Source: Eledone cirrhosa
Lineage: Eukaryota
Assembly (NCBI GenBank): GCA_964016885.1
Contig: OZ024740.1
Span: 27,280,001-27,344,000 of the forward strand
Direction: 5' to 3'
Length of the DNA: 64,000 nt
Positions 17,300 to 29,475 of this stretch are shown here, one piece after another (positions within the stretch are counted from its first letter, which is position 1; every line of letters starts with the position of its first letter). The position numbers were made by a program, and so were the translations under genes. Under the pieces are notes generated by a model. The model was not told the DNA's origin. It was given only the letters and a program-made list of their open reading frames with translations, and did not search any database.

Positions 17300-17556
17300 T
17301 CAACCGAGAGAAACCCCAATGGTAGACACCGAGCAAGATAGGGGGACAACATCCATGAGGTTGGCTGGTCTCGCTTGGCGAACTAGCTGGATTGGTTGAA
17401 GACTGTTGCTTCTGACAGGACTCGCTGGAAGGGAGCGTTTCGGGAGTCTGCTCCCACGACCCTCTCTGGAAGAAGAAGAAGAAGAAGAAGAAGAAGAAGA
17501 AGAAGAAGAAGAAGAAGAAGAAGAAGAAGAAGAAGAAGAAGAAGAAGAAGAAGAAG
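17300..17556 (+). mobile_element. RTE-clade LINE 3' end with (GAA)n tail (degenerate)
   Basis: Degenerate RPxGRPxxRW...VASDRTRW-like C-terminus followed by (GAA)n; homologous to 48626-48957. Confidence 0.7.
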
Positions 17557-17682
17557 ATAATGTGATGTTCTCCACTTCTTTATATAATGTAGCTATGTAT
17601 TGTTGGCATGTGTAAAAGATACAATGTCAGATCTGATCTTTAACTGGAAGACGTGCTACACTCTCAGAAGTATGTGTAGGCA

Positions 17683-18956
17683 TGAGTATATGATGAGTAC
17701 ATAGTGAGTATATGGTGAGTATATGATGAGTATATGGTGAGTATATGATGAGTATATGGTGACTATATGGTGAGTATATGATGAGTATATGGTGACTATA
17801 TGGTGAGTATATGATGAGTATATGGTTAGTATATGATGAGTATATGGTGAGTATATGGTTAGTATATGGTGAGTATTTGGTTAGTATATGGTTAGTATAT
17901 GATGAGTACATAGTGAGTATATGGTGAGTATATGATGAGTATATGGTGAGTATATGATGAGTATATAATGAGTATATGGTTAGTATATGGTGAGTATATG
18001 GTGAGTACATAGTGAGTATATGGTGAGTATATGATGAGTATATGGTGAGAATATGATGAGTATATAATGAGTATATGGTTAGTATATGGTGAGTATATGA
18101 GGAGTATATGGTGAGAATATGATGAGTATATAATGAGTATATGGTTAGTATATGGTGAGTATATGGTGAGTATATGGTGAGTATATGGTGAGTATATGAT
18201 GAATATATGCTGAGTATATGGTGAGTATATGATGAATACATGGTAAGTATATGGTGAGTATATGATGAGTATATGGTGAGTATATGGTGAGTATATGGTG
18301 AGTATATAATGCGTATATAATGAGTATATGGTGAGTATATAGTGAGTATATGGTGAGTATATGATGAGTATATGGTGAGTATATGATGAGTATATGATGA
18401 ATATATTATGAGTATATGATGAATACATGGTAAGTATATGGTGAGTATATGATGAGTATATGGTGAGTACATGGTGAGTATATGGTGAGTATATAATGCG
18501 TATATAATGAGTATATGGTGAGTATATAATGAGTATATGATGAGTATATGATGAGTATATGATGAATATATTATGAGTATATGGTGAGTATATGGTGAGT
18601 ATATGGTGAGTATATGGTGAGTATATGGTGAGTATATGGTGAGTATATGGTGAGTATATGATGAGTATATGGTGAGTATATGATGAGTATATGATGAATA
18701 TATGGTGAGTATATGGTGAGTATATGGTGAGTATATGATGAGTATATAATGAGTATATGGTGAGTATATGATGAGTATATAATGAGTATATGGTGAGTAT
18801 ATGATGAGTATATGCTGAGTATATGATGAGTATATGATGAGTATATAATGAGTATATGGTGAGGATATGGTGAGTATATGGAGAGTATATGGTGACTATA
18901 TGGTGAGTATATGATGAGTATATGGTGAGTATATGGTGTGTATATGGTGAGTATAT
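17683..18956. repeat. 11-bp minisatellite ATATG(G/A)TGAGT, about 115 copies
   Basis: Direct reading. Confidence 0.97.
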
Positions 18957-20429
18957 ACATATGTGTGTGTATGTATGTATATGTGTATATGTGTGCATGT
19001 ATGTGAGTATATGTGTATATGTGTATATGTGTTTATGTATGTGTGTATAAGTGTGTGTGCGTGAGTGCATGTGTGAGTATATGCATATGTGTGTGTGTGT
19101 ATATGTGTATATGTGTGTCTGTATATGTGTGTCTGTATAAGTGTGTGTGCATGCGTGTATGTGTGAGTATGTGGGTGTGCGTACATATGTGTGTCTATGT
19201 ATGCGTATATATATACGTCTGTACGTGTTTCTGTGTGTATGTGTGTGTATATGCGCGTGTATATGTGTGTATTTGTGTGTGTATATGTATGGGAGTATGT
19301 ATGTGTGTGTATATGTGTGTATGTGTGTGCGCGTGTGTGTATGTGTGTGTGTGTATGTGTAGGAAAAGGGATACAGCTGAACAGTGTGTGTTTTTCGATG
19401 TATGTGTGTGGGTATGTTTAATTGTGTGTGAGTGCATGTATGTGTGCGTGAGTGTATGTATGTAAATGTGTATATGTATGTATATGTATGTGTTAACTCT
19501 TTATCCTTCCTTAACTGTATGTTCCATTAAGGCTGTCGTGATAACCACTGACATATCTATCACAACTAAACTAATCAAGTTATTATTATTAATTATTCTA
19601 TACTTTCTACCTAGTTCCATACTTTTACGTAATTAACCATCTTATAACTAGCTAATTATACTCATTAGCAAACTAATTAAGCATACTGGAGTGCGCTAAT
19701 AATGCAATTCTTCCCCGACCTCTACATATTGTATCATTTAACTTACACAGTCATGTGATTTGGCTGGTTAAGATGCCTGACATTCTCTCACATTCGAAGT
19801 CCCTAACTAGTGTAAAATAGTATAGAGAGATTATTAAATTATTGTTGTCAGAAATCTGGCACACGCGAATCCAAGTGACGCGTTTTCGGTGAAGTGTGCG
19901 TGCCAATATATGTCATGTTAGTTGAGGAAATATATTATATCGTATTTAATTAGTGTAACCTAATTAACAAATACCTTAACGACTCTGATTAATTAGTTGT
20001 TAATAAGATTACGATTTTTCCGAGAATTTGCCAGAACCATATGTTTCTCCCTAGGTTTTGAGTTCAAATCCCACTTTGTTTTGCAGACAGTGGGTGTCCC
20101 TTACATTCTCCTATATTCTGAAGTATGGTGGGACATTATATTCTTATAGGATTGTATAGATAATATTCGTAGTGAATGATTGTTTAGATATAGAGTAAGC
20201 TTGACCAGCAAATTAGAATGAGAGATAACAGTAATAGCACCTAGCTCAGAATAAAGACCTACAAGGAGGCAAATACTCACATATGTATTTTGTCCGGTCA
20301 CAAGCTTGTGTTTCTACCATTCGCACCAAACTTTAATAACTTGTTTGAGCTTTCATCACCGAATAACAACGTAGAAAATATCACAAAGATTTACTGAAGG
20401 GGAAAGTCTATTTCATCAACCCTAGTTCA

Positions 20430-21030
20430 TCACTGGTACTTTATTTTATCGATCCTTTATTGGTAAAAAGCAATGTTATCCTCGGTGAGATTTGAATTCA
20501 GAAGGAGGAACATAACTTTATGCCACAAAGCATGTTGGCCGACGCTCAACCGATACTGTCAATCCACTGCACTAGGAGGTGTAAATAATGGTTTCTGATT
20601 TAGGCACAAGGCCAACAATTTTAAGGGAGGGGAAAGTCAATTAAATTGACCCCTGTGCTTTACCGGTGCTTTATTTCATCGACTCCGTAGAAAAAACTAC
20701 GAAGTGCATATATTTACATATAAAAAAATTAATCAGTTTTTAGATATGTGCATTATAGTAATACTAGAAATAAACACTTTTAAAATCTAGAAGTCGTTCG
20801 TCAGATGTGACTAAGGTAACTATGTTTAGATTTGTGTTTGCACTCTTAGTACCCGCGAGTCATGGCACCCGACGAAAACGTCACAGCTTTTTCCAGGGCA
20901 TAGGGTTGGATTTGAAATCACAAAGCAACATGTCGGATGTTTTACCAGTTCTTCCGATCTCCCCCACCCCAAAGTCTATTTTATTTATCAACCTTGAAAG
21001 ATGAAAGGAATGTTAACCTGCGTGGGATTT
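20430..21030 (-). mobile_element. Cluster of degenerate SINE A fragments (about 20430-20572, 20588-20690, 20978-21030)
   Basis: CTGGTACTTTATTTTATCGA...AAAGC/GATTTGAA blocks matching the family A reverse complement. Confidence 0.7.
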
Positions 21031-21154
21031 CTACTGAAATCGGAGTTATAATATATATCGAGACATATAATTCCATGTTCTAACAACTCAGCCATTTCAC
21101 ACCCTATATCTACCGACAATATCCCAGATTTCACTCTCTTTCCGAGTGAGGGAG

Positions 21155-21350
21155 AATTCGTCAAATCAGACCAAGGAATCAATGATCTCATTGGCCTTTT
21201 CATACTAACTGCTGGTCACAACTGTTAGACAGAGCCACATGGAATAAAGTGTCCTGCTCAAGGACATGACACATCGCCCGAACCAGGAATCGAGATCACA
21301 AACTAACAACTGCGAATCCAATTCTCTAAGCACTAAGACACACCACCCGG
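21155..21350 (-). mobile_element. SINE family B, diverged
   Basis: TCGTCAAATCAGACC...AATAAAGTGTCCTGCTCAAGGACA...CAGGAATCGAG...TGCGAATCCAATTCTCTAA matches the reverse complement of 13281-13497. Confidence 0.8.
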
Positions 21351-21367
21351 AACCACAAACATTCAAA

Positions 21368-21464
21368 CTAGCCGGAAATGTATAATAAATTGAAGTGAAA
21401 TCCAAGATGTGCTTGTGTTTTTAATGGCAGAATGACCTTCCCAAAGTACAACAATATATATATA

Positions 21465-21496
<32 letters not shown>

Positions 21497-21654
21497 GCGA
21501 GGGAAAAGTGGTAAAGAACCAGGTGGACCATAACGCACCAAAGTACTCAATACTTAGGGTAGTAGAGTGGGAAATAGGAGTAAGTAAGACCCCGACGGCT
21601 GAGCTCAAGCCGTTTCGACCGGCTTGAGCTCAGCCGTCGGGGTCTTACTTACTC

Positions 21655-21660
<6 letters not shown>
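21368..21660. mobile_element. PLE tail fragments: 21368-21455 (relative of the 35141-36792 family) and hairpin 21497-21660 (37415-39379 family)
   Basis: AAATTGAAGTGAAA...ATGACCTTCCCAAA matches about 36722-36780; 21572-21610 is the reverse complement of 21619-21659. Confidence 0.8.
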
Positions 21661-21697
<37 letters not shown>

Positions 21698-21737
21698 GAT
21701 ATTAAATAAATGGAAACTATATTTATAAAACCATATT

Positions 21738-21800
21738 TATTTTATTATATATATTTCAAGGGTACCGAAACACATAGGTACGCTTTCCTCAGATAAAATA
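21738..21800 (-). ncRNA. Type-I hammerhead ribozyme motif (8726-9130 family)
   Basis: Minus strand: TATTTTAT-CTGAGGA-AAGCGTACC...GGTACCCTT-GAAA-T-ATAT-ATA-ATAAAA. Confidence 0.65.
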
Positions 21801-21899
21801 CAAAGTTTGTTTTAGAAATAGAGACATACCCATGAAAATCCTACCTTATCGGTTGGATATTCTCTGGATATCCAGAGAATATCCAACCGATAAGGTAGG

Positions 21900-22775
21900 G
21901 CGGGGGTGAGGTGAGAGGGCTGTGGTACGGTCTGTTTCACGGGTGCCTGTGAGAGCAGCTTGGACCAAGGTGAGGGGATATCCACGCTGGGTGAAGCAGG
22001 AGGCCATGCGAATGTAATGGGTTTCGAAATCTTCGTCCTGGCTACAGAATCGACGAAGACGGAGGAATTGGGAATAGGCTATGGAGTGTTTGGTGTGGGT
22101 ATGATGGGAGGAGGTGAAGTCAATAATATTGGGAGTATGTTGGTTTAATGTAGATGGAAGTAGAGAGGGTGTGGTGAGAGTGATTAAATAGATAGAGAGA
22201 TATCTAGAAAAGCGACAGAAAAATCGGAGACGGAGGCGGTGAAATTGAGAGCAGAATGGAAAGATTGGACAAAAGAAAGAAAACAGTCGAGCTGTTCTCG
22301 TGATAGAGAAGTGGCGCTGATACAGTCGTCGATATAACGACCGTATAGCTGAGGAGTCAGTCCAGCGTACTGGGAGTAGATCTGGGCTTCGACGTAGCCA
22401 ACAAACAAGTTGGCATAGTTTGGACCCATTCTGGTTCCCATCGCTACTCCAGAGACCTGCTGGTAAAATTCACCCGAAAAGAAAATCCATTAAGGATGAG
22501 AACAAGCTCAGACAGATGGAGAGGAGTGGTAGTGCTGGGGTAAGGGGTAGGGCTTAAATCTAGAAAATGCTGGAGAGCGCGGAGGCTGTCATCATGGGTA
22601 TAGAGAGAAGTGATGTCTAGGGTAAAGAGAAAGTGGGAGGCACCAGGAGAAAAAGAGAAAGTGTTGAAAAGTGTAAGGGCATGATTTGTGTCGTGGATGT
22701 GGGTGGGGAGAATGCCGACCAACGGGGCAAGGATGGTGTCTAAATATTTAGAAATTATCTCGGTGGGGCAGTTGC
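21900..22775 (-). pseudogene. Penelope-like reverse transcriptase fragment (frameshifted)
   Basis: CPTEIISKYLD..L.PLV..LPTHIHDT, LFTLDITSLYT, MGTRMGPNYANLFVGYVE, YGRYIDDC, FLDISLSI, then KPT...LRRFCS..EDF...FTQRGYP thumb motifs typical of PLE RTs. Confidence 0.93.
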
Positions 22776-22796
22776 ATATATATATATATATACACG

Positions 22797-23105
22797 CAGA
22801 CAATAAGAATTGCAGCTTTTTGTGAAAGTTTATTGCATATTACAATTGTTTCTATATCGATCAGCTCGGGTTTGATCAGGCGATCTGATCCCGACTGTAA
22901 ATCGGCATTTCTACCGATATGAGAGTTTTATATGGGTGGTCCTATTCAAACTGTTTGAATGGGACCAACCATGTAAACTATCATATCCGAAGAAGTGTCG
23001 ATTAAAAGTCGGAATCTGATCGCCTGATCAAACAGGAGCTGATCGATATAGAAACAATTGTAATATGCAATAAAGTTTCACAAAAAGCTGCAATTCTGAT
23101 TGTCA
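22797..23105. mobile_element. Inverted pseudo-LTR-like pair with degenerate long-stem-II hammerhead (22982-23067, +)
   Basis: About 22799-22912 is the reverse complement of 22993-23104. Motif: CATAT-CCGAAGA-...TGTCGAT...ATCGATA-TA-GAAA-C-AATT-GTA-ATATG. Confidence 0.7.
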
Positions 23106-23116
23106 CTCTATATATA

Positions 23117-24012
23117 CAGGCTGCGGACGATATTTGTTCGCAATTTTCAACTGCTAATTTAATGTACATGAAGACATTCGCTACGTTTCATACACGATGA
23201 GGAAAGGACAATTTCTGTCAAAGGCGATGCAAGAAAAGCGACTGAAGCACGCAAAGAAGCTGATCAACAAGTTGAAACACCCACTGGAGCCAGACATGCT
23301 ATGGTTTTTCTCCGACGAGAAAAAACATCTGCCAAGACCAGAAGATCAACTCCCAGAACAGCAGGTGGCTCGCGGTCTCATCCAAAGACGTGCCCAGAGT
23401 CACGCAGACAAAGTTTCCAGCGACAACAGTGGTCTTATTTGTCGTCACCAGTGAAGGTGACGTCATTCCACCTCACTTCTTCCCTGAGGGCCTCAAGCTG
23501 AACACCTATGGCTACATCCGCATTCTGAGCGAGGTAGTAAAGCCCTGGATCGACCAGGTAGCTGCAGGTAGGCCTTACGTGTGGCAGCAAGACTCAGCGC
23601 CCTGCCATACCAGCCGAAAGACCCAAGCCTGGCTGTCAGAGAACTTCGTCGACCATACTTCACCTGACATCTGGCCTCCCAGCTTGCCTGACTGCAACCC
23701 CCTCGACTTCTTTGTGTTGGGTGCAGTGGAACGAGACACCAACAGATCTAGCTGCAATACGAAAGACGATATGAAGGCCAGGATCACAAGTGCCTTTAGG
23801 GGCCTAAGTCGGGGGACAGTGACGAAGACCTGTAGCCGGTTCCGAGGGCGCCGTGAGGCCGTCATCAAAGCCAATGGCGGGTTTTTCGAATGAGATCGAA
23901 AGAACAGGAAGACAAACTGACCCAAGTTTGATAAATAAATCTTAAAAAATAAAACTACTGTGTTATTTTTTCCTAGACAGTAATCTTGCGAACAAATAGC
24001 GTTCGCACCCTG
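23117..24012 (+). mobile_element. Tc1/mariner-superfamily DD37D (maT-type) transposon, internally deleted, frameshifted transposase (23197-23893)
   Basis: TIRs CAGGCTGCGGACGATATTTGTTCGCAA and TTGCGAACAAATAGCGTTCGCACCCTG, with TA on both sides. Motifs WFFSDEK, WQQDSAPCH and PDCNPLD, with 37 residues between the 2nd and 3rd Asp. Confidence 0.93.
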
Positions 24013-24155
24013 TACACCCTGTAAACTACAGCCGATTTAAACCTGGAGCACAACCCAACAAGAGACAGACTCAGTGACAGCATCAAGTGCTTCGACCAGA
24101 ACCGCCGTTTGTAAGTTACTCACATAGCATTATACACACACACACACACACACAG

Positions 24156-24438
<283 letters not shown>

Positions 24439-25320
24439 GATATAGATATATAAATACGGCTCGTTAATTGTAGAGCTAACTCTGTTGAAAGGACTCGACT
24501 GCTGTTTCTAGTTGTCGATAACCCTATTCACGCCACTGGGACGAAGCTAGTATGATGTGTGTATTTCTAGTAGATATAGCACGTGTTGCTGGCCAGTCGC
24601 TGATTTGAACTTGAAGTGTAAACACTGATCGCTGGAACTTCTTCCTTGTTGAAAATCCAAGTATCCGCTTCCGTGGTTTACCATTCGATTAATTGGTGAA
24701 ATATATTTCTTCAATGGAATATATACAGGGAAGATTAATCATATTATAAGGTATCTATTTTTGAAGTTCTAGTCAAATTTATTTAGTTACCTACCTAGCT
24801 ATGTGTGGTTACACACTTGTAAAAATTATCTCCTGTGATTATTCATGTTTATTTATATGTTAATCAATTTCTAGTTATTATATATATATATTTATTGAAA
24901 TAACAGATTAAAGTTTAAGCAAATAATTGCTGCTTTCACCCTGAAAGGAATTTTTTGAAACTAAAAAAATCAATAGGTGAACGCAGAAGTAAATATTTCG
25001 AAAAACGTTGCAATCGAAGGAAGACAGGAAGACGATACTTTGGTTCGTGGAAATGTTCCCTGGCAAAGAACGGAAAAAACGAAGATAATACGTCAGTACC
25101 AGTAATACACTGGATAATTGCTGGCCTTGTGCCTAAAGTAGAAACAATTATTTGCTGCGGTGAAAATAATTACACGCAAAGTCAAAACCACGTTTATGGT
25201 ATAAATGAAGTCGTAGACTAATATTCGATTAGGTGGTTCGTGGAGACGTTCTCTGGCAATGAACGAAAAAAACGAAGTCATGGTGTGGAGCGTGAGAACA
25301 AATACGCGCAAAGACAAATT

Positions 25321-25856
25321 TACATTATATATATTGGACGGATAGGTGTCCTCATCTTGTTTTGTTGTTAACACAACGTTTCGTCTGATGTACTCTCCAT
25401 CCTTGATCAGGTGTCCTAGTGATGTTATTATTAACGTTTGTTCAGGTCACTGCCTAGAATTGTACTCAGAATCTTGAGGTTAGTAGCCGGCTTTTTAACC
25501 TCTTTTTTTTCACTTGAATTTTTTATTATTATTATTTTTTTTTGTTTTTTTGTTTTTCTACTTCAGGGCTTGAGGAAGGATAGAAAAATATCAGTTTATA
25601 AGCCCTAAAAATAAAATAAAATAAATAAATAAATAAAAAATAATAAAAAAAATTCACGTGAAAATAAAAAAAAAGTGGTAAAAAAGCAGGCTACTAACCT
25701 CAAGATTCCGAGTACAATTCTAGGCAGTGACCTGAACAAACGTTAATAATAACATCACTAGGACACCTGATGAAGACTGGAGAGTACATCAGCCGAAACG
25801 TTATGTTAACAACAAAACAAGATGAAAACACCTATCCGTCCAATATATATAATGTA
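25321..25856. mobile_element. Inverted pair of a tRNA-like head plus hammerhead element
   Basis: About 25321-25520 is the reverse complement of 25655-25856. + copy: tRNA-like 25674-25735, hammerhead 25762-25807; minus-copy hammerhead 25370-25415. Confidence 0.8.
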
Positions 25857-25900
25857 TATATATATATGAATATATATATATGAATATATATATATGTATA

Positions 25901-25935
<35 letters not shown>

Positions 25936-25936
<1 letters not shown>

Positions 25937-26054
25937 ACGAAGGAAATGTGGTACGGAACCAGATGGACCATAACGCACCAAAGTACTCAATACTTAGGGT
26001 AGTAGAGTGGGTAATAGGAACGAGTAGGACCCCAACTTGGGGTCCTACTCGTTC

Positions 26055-26057
<3 letters not shown>
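25936..26057. mobile_element. PLE tail (37415-39379 family) ending in a short fold-back
   Basis: AACGAAGGAAATGTGG...AGGAACGAGTAGGACCCCAA-C-TTGGGGTCCTACTCGTTCCT between (TA)n tracts. Confidence 0.85.
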
Positions 26058-26103
<46 letters not shown>

Positions 26104-26362
26104 AACAAATAGTAGAGAGGAAAAAGATATTTTCAATAGACAATGCTGAAGAGCTTCTTTCAGTATAATATCAAAACATTTATTTATAAAGTGGATATTT
26201 CCGTATTTAATAATGGTACCGGTTTCAGCATTATATGATTTTCAACTGCGTATATGCGTAATGTAGTTATGTTGTATATTTAGACGAACAATAAAAAGGG
26301 GAAGAAAAATTATTACTTTTTAAATACATATTTAGAGAAGAGAGTTCATATCTCTGTCCGTG

Positions 26363-26410
<48 letters not shown>

Positions 26411-26416
<6 letters not shown>

Positions 26417-26620
26417 AACAAGAAATATGATTTTATTTATACATCCCTTTTTATTTTGTTATACGTACTTCAAAGACGTAGGGCAGTTTTATACAACTGG
26501 CCTACGTGTCCTCGTCAGACAAAGATCCAAACGAGTTATACAACTTTCTTACGTGTTTGAAATGCGTATAACAAAACAATAGGATATACAAATGAAACCA
26601 TCTTTCTTGTTTATTATTAT
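26411..26620. mobile_element. Diverged inverted pair with hammerhead motif at 26455-26523 (-)
   Basis: Minus strand: TTTGT-CTGACGA-GGACACGTAGG...CCTACGTCTTT-GAAG-T-ACGT-ATA-ACAAA. The + arm retains GAAATGCGTATAACAAAA. Confidence 0.6.
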
Positions 26621-26701
26621 AATTAAACTCCGGATGAACAAAAAACATGAAGTGCTTTACATCTCATAGGAAAAGTCGGCAGATTTTCAACCAACTTTCT
26701 T

Positions 26702-26741
<40 letters not shown>

Positions 26742-27458
26742 CTCTTGATTTGGCCTGAGATGAATATTTCCAGATACCTTTTAAGCGTAACTTTCCGTAT
26801 TTATTATTACTATGAAATATTGATTGTTATTCTGGTATCATATCTCTGTTTTTAGCCTAAGAAAATACCTATATGCGTGTATAAATAATACATGCATATA
26901 TTTATTTTTTAAAAATCTAATTGAGTTCTTCACACGCAATATTAAAATTATTGAAAAAATTAATTGACCCGCGTGTGTATTATTTTACTTCCTTGTGTTT
27001 CGCGATGACATCCCCTTTCCGCTTGATGACAATGTGAGATTCATCATTCTGAGACTGCTGGAATTTCAAATTTGGCGGTCATTCTGATACGGAGAGAGAC
27101 CATCGCTGACATGGGATTAGACATCGGTAAGAGAGTTTTTTTATATCGATGTTTGACGGGCATCCACTGATGATTTATAAGTGCCCACCTGTATATATTC
27201 CTACGGAATATGTGAAGGCTTCTACATAACCCGGACACATTCTCCCAACTTGTAGAAAACTTATAATGAAACAATTGTTTGGAAAGGGAGATATATTTTA
27301 ATTATGTCTCATATAAAATAATACAACTGGCCTTCCGCAAAATACACATAGTTAGCACCCCAAACGTAAAATTAGGATTATACTAAGGTATATCCTAATG
27401 TTTGTTGAGTGAGATGGAAGCCAGTCAGAGTATAGCTTAAAGCTTTCTCTGTTAATGT

Positions 27459-27568
<110 letters not shown>

Positions 27569-27758
27569 GAAAAGATTCAGGACCCCGATGGCAGAGCACC
27601 AGCCGTTTCGACAGCGAGATCCAAACTCGACAAATGAATGGCGGACCACCCGTCTCTCTATAGACGGTCTAATTAGCCGGACTGCAACAGCTACCAGATT
27701 GGGAAGACAGACGTTATCAGGCTTAATCAGTTATATTACGTAGTTTCTATATAATACA

Positions 27759-28691
27759 TCCTAACCCTAGCCCTAACACTAACCCTAACCTTAACCCTAA
27801 CACTAACCCTAACCCTAACACTAAACCTAACACTAACCCTAACACTAACCCTAACCCTAACACTAACCCTGACCCTAACCCTAACCCTAACCCTAACACT
27901 AACCCTAACACTAACCCTAACCCTAACCCTGACACTAACACTAACCCTAACACTAACCCTAACACTAACCATAACCCTAACCCTAACACTAACCCTGACC
28001 CTAACCCTAACCCTAACCCTAACATTAACCCTAACACTAACCCTAACCCTAACCCTGACACTAACACTAACCCTAACACTAACCCTAACACTAACCATAA
28101 CCCTAACCCTAACACTAACCCTGACCCTAACCCTAACCCTAACCCTAACATTAACCCTAACACTAACCCTAACCCTAACCCTGACACTAACACTAACCCT
28201 AACACTAACCCTAACACTAACCATAACCCTAACCCTAACACTAACCCTGACCCTAACCCTAACCCTAACCCTAACATTAACCCTAACACTAACCCTAACC
28301 CTAACCCTAACACTAACACTAACCCTAACCCTAACCCTGACCCTAACCCTAACCCTAACCCTAACCCTGACCCTAACACTAACCCTGACCCTAACCTTAA
28401 CCCTTAACACTAACCCTAACACTAAACCTAACCCTAACCCTAACCCTAACACTAACCCTGACCCTAACCCTAACCCTAGCCCTAACACTAACCCTAACCT
28501 TAACCCTAACATTAACCCTGACCCTAACCCTAACCCTAACACTAACCCTTACACTAACCCTAAACCTAACACTAACACTAACCCTGACCCTAACCCTAAC
28601 CCTAAACCTAACACTAACCCTAACACTAACCCTGACCCTAACCCTAACCCTAACACTAACACTAACCCTAACCCTAACCTTAACCCTAACC
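27759..28691. repeat. Interstitial telomere-like array (CCCTAA)n with CACTAA/CCCTGA/CCATAA/CATTAA variants
   Basis: Direct reading; TTAGGG on the minus strand; CCATAA at 27969, 28095 and 28221 (126-bp period). Confidence 0.95.
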
Positions 28692-28904
28692 GACACAAAC
28701 GCAGAAACATATATAAACGCAGAAACGTAAATATTTTTTTGTGCGTAGGAATGAAATATACTCTTTTTTTTTTTTTTTTTTTAAAGACGTACAAAATTGC
28801 TCGAATCATTGGAATTAACATAAGAAATAGAAATAAATCAACTTAATGTGTTTAATTTTCACCTATATTTTCATAAAACTTCTAAATAGGAATAGAGATA
28901 TATA

Positions 28905-29100
28905 ATGGTTTCTTATATAGGCACTAGGCCAACAATTTGGGGGGAAGGGAAAGTCGATTAAATCGAACTTAGTGCGTGACTGGTACTTTATTTTATCGAC
29001 CCCGTAGAAATGATTGGGATTTGAAATGAGAACGTAAAGGGGTATAACTCTATGCAGCGAAGCATGGTGTCTGAAGCTCTACCGATTCTGTCAATCCACC
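28905..29100 (-). mobile_element. SINE family A variant
   Basis: GGCACTAGGCCAACAATT...CTGGTACTTTATTTTATCGACCCCGTA...GGGATTTGAA...CTCTACCGATTCTGTCAATCCACC. Confidence 0.8.
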
Positions 29101-29475
29101 TCCCTAATAGAGATAAATAGTAAAATGTGATGAAATTTTTGTTTTTACTGAACCAGAAGAGTAAGGTAAGTATACTGTATATGACCCTTTACAGGGCTTC
29201 CATTACTGGTAGCAAGAGATTAGAAAGATATCGTCAGACAGGTGACATAGTTTGAATGCTTGCAATATTCTACCCTTGCTAAATACTACCAAGAGTCACG
29301 TGTTAGTGTTGAACAAGAAGACGGCTTATGACTACTACAACAGAATAGGCAACCATATAGGTACATGAATATTTTGTCCTTGTGTTAACCAGGAAGACGG
29401 AATAAGTCTAATACTCACGACTTTTGTCAGTCTTCCATCTACTATATATCATCCACAGATTTAACCCTGAATATA

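Noticed and set aside
26990-27135. Possible first exon (ATGGGATTAGACATCG|GTAAGA) and a micro-exon near 29157-29165
   Set aside because: Good donor motifs, but the join gives an immediate stop and there is no other support.
27736-28821. LG/VR-repeat ORFs, or a true chromosome end
   Set aside because: Translations of TTAGGG variants; the array has ordinary sequence on both sides.
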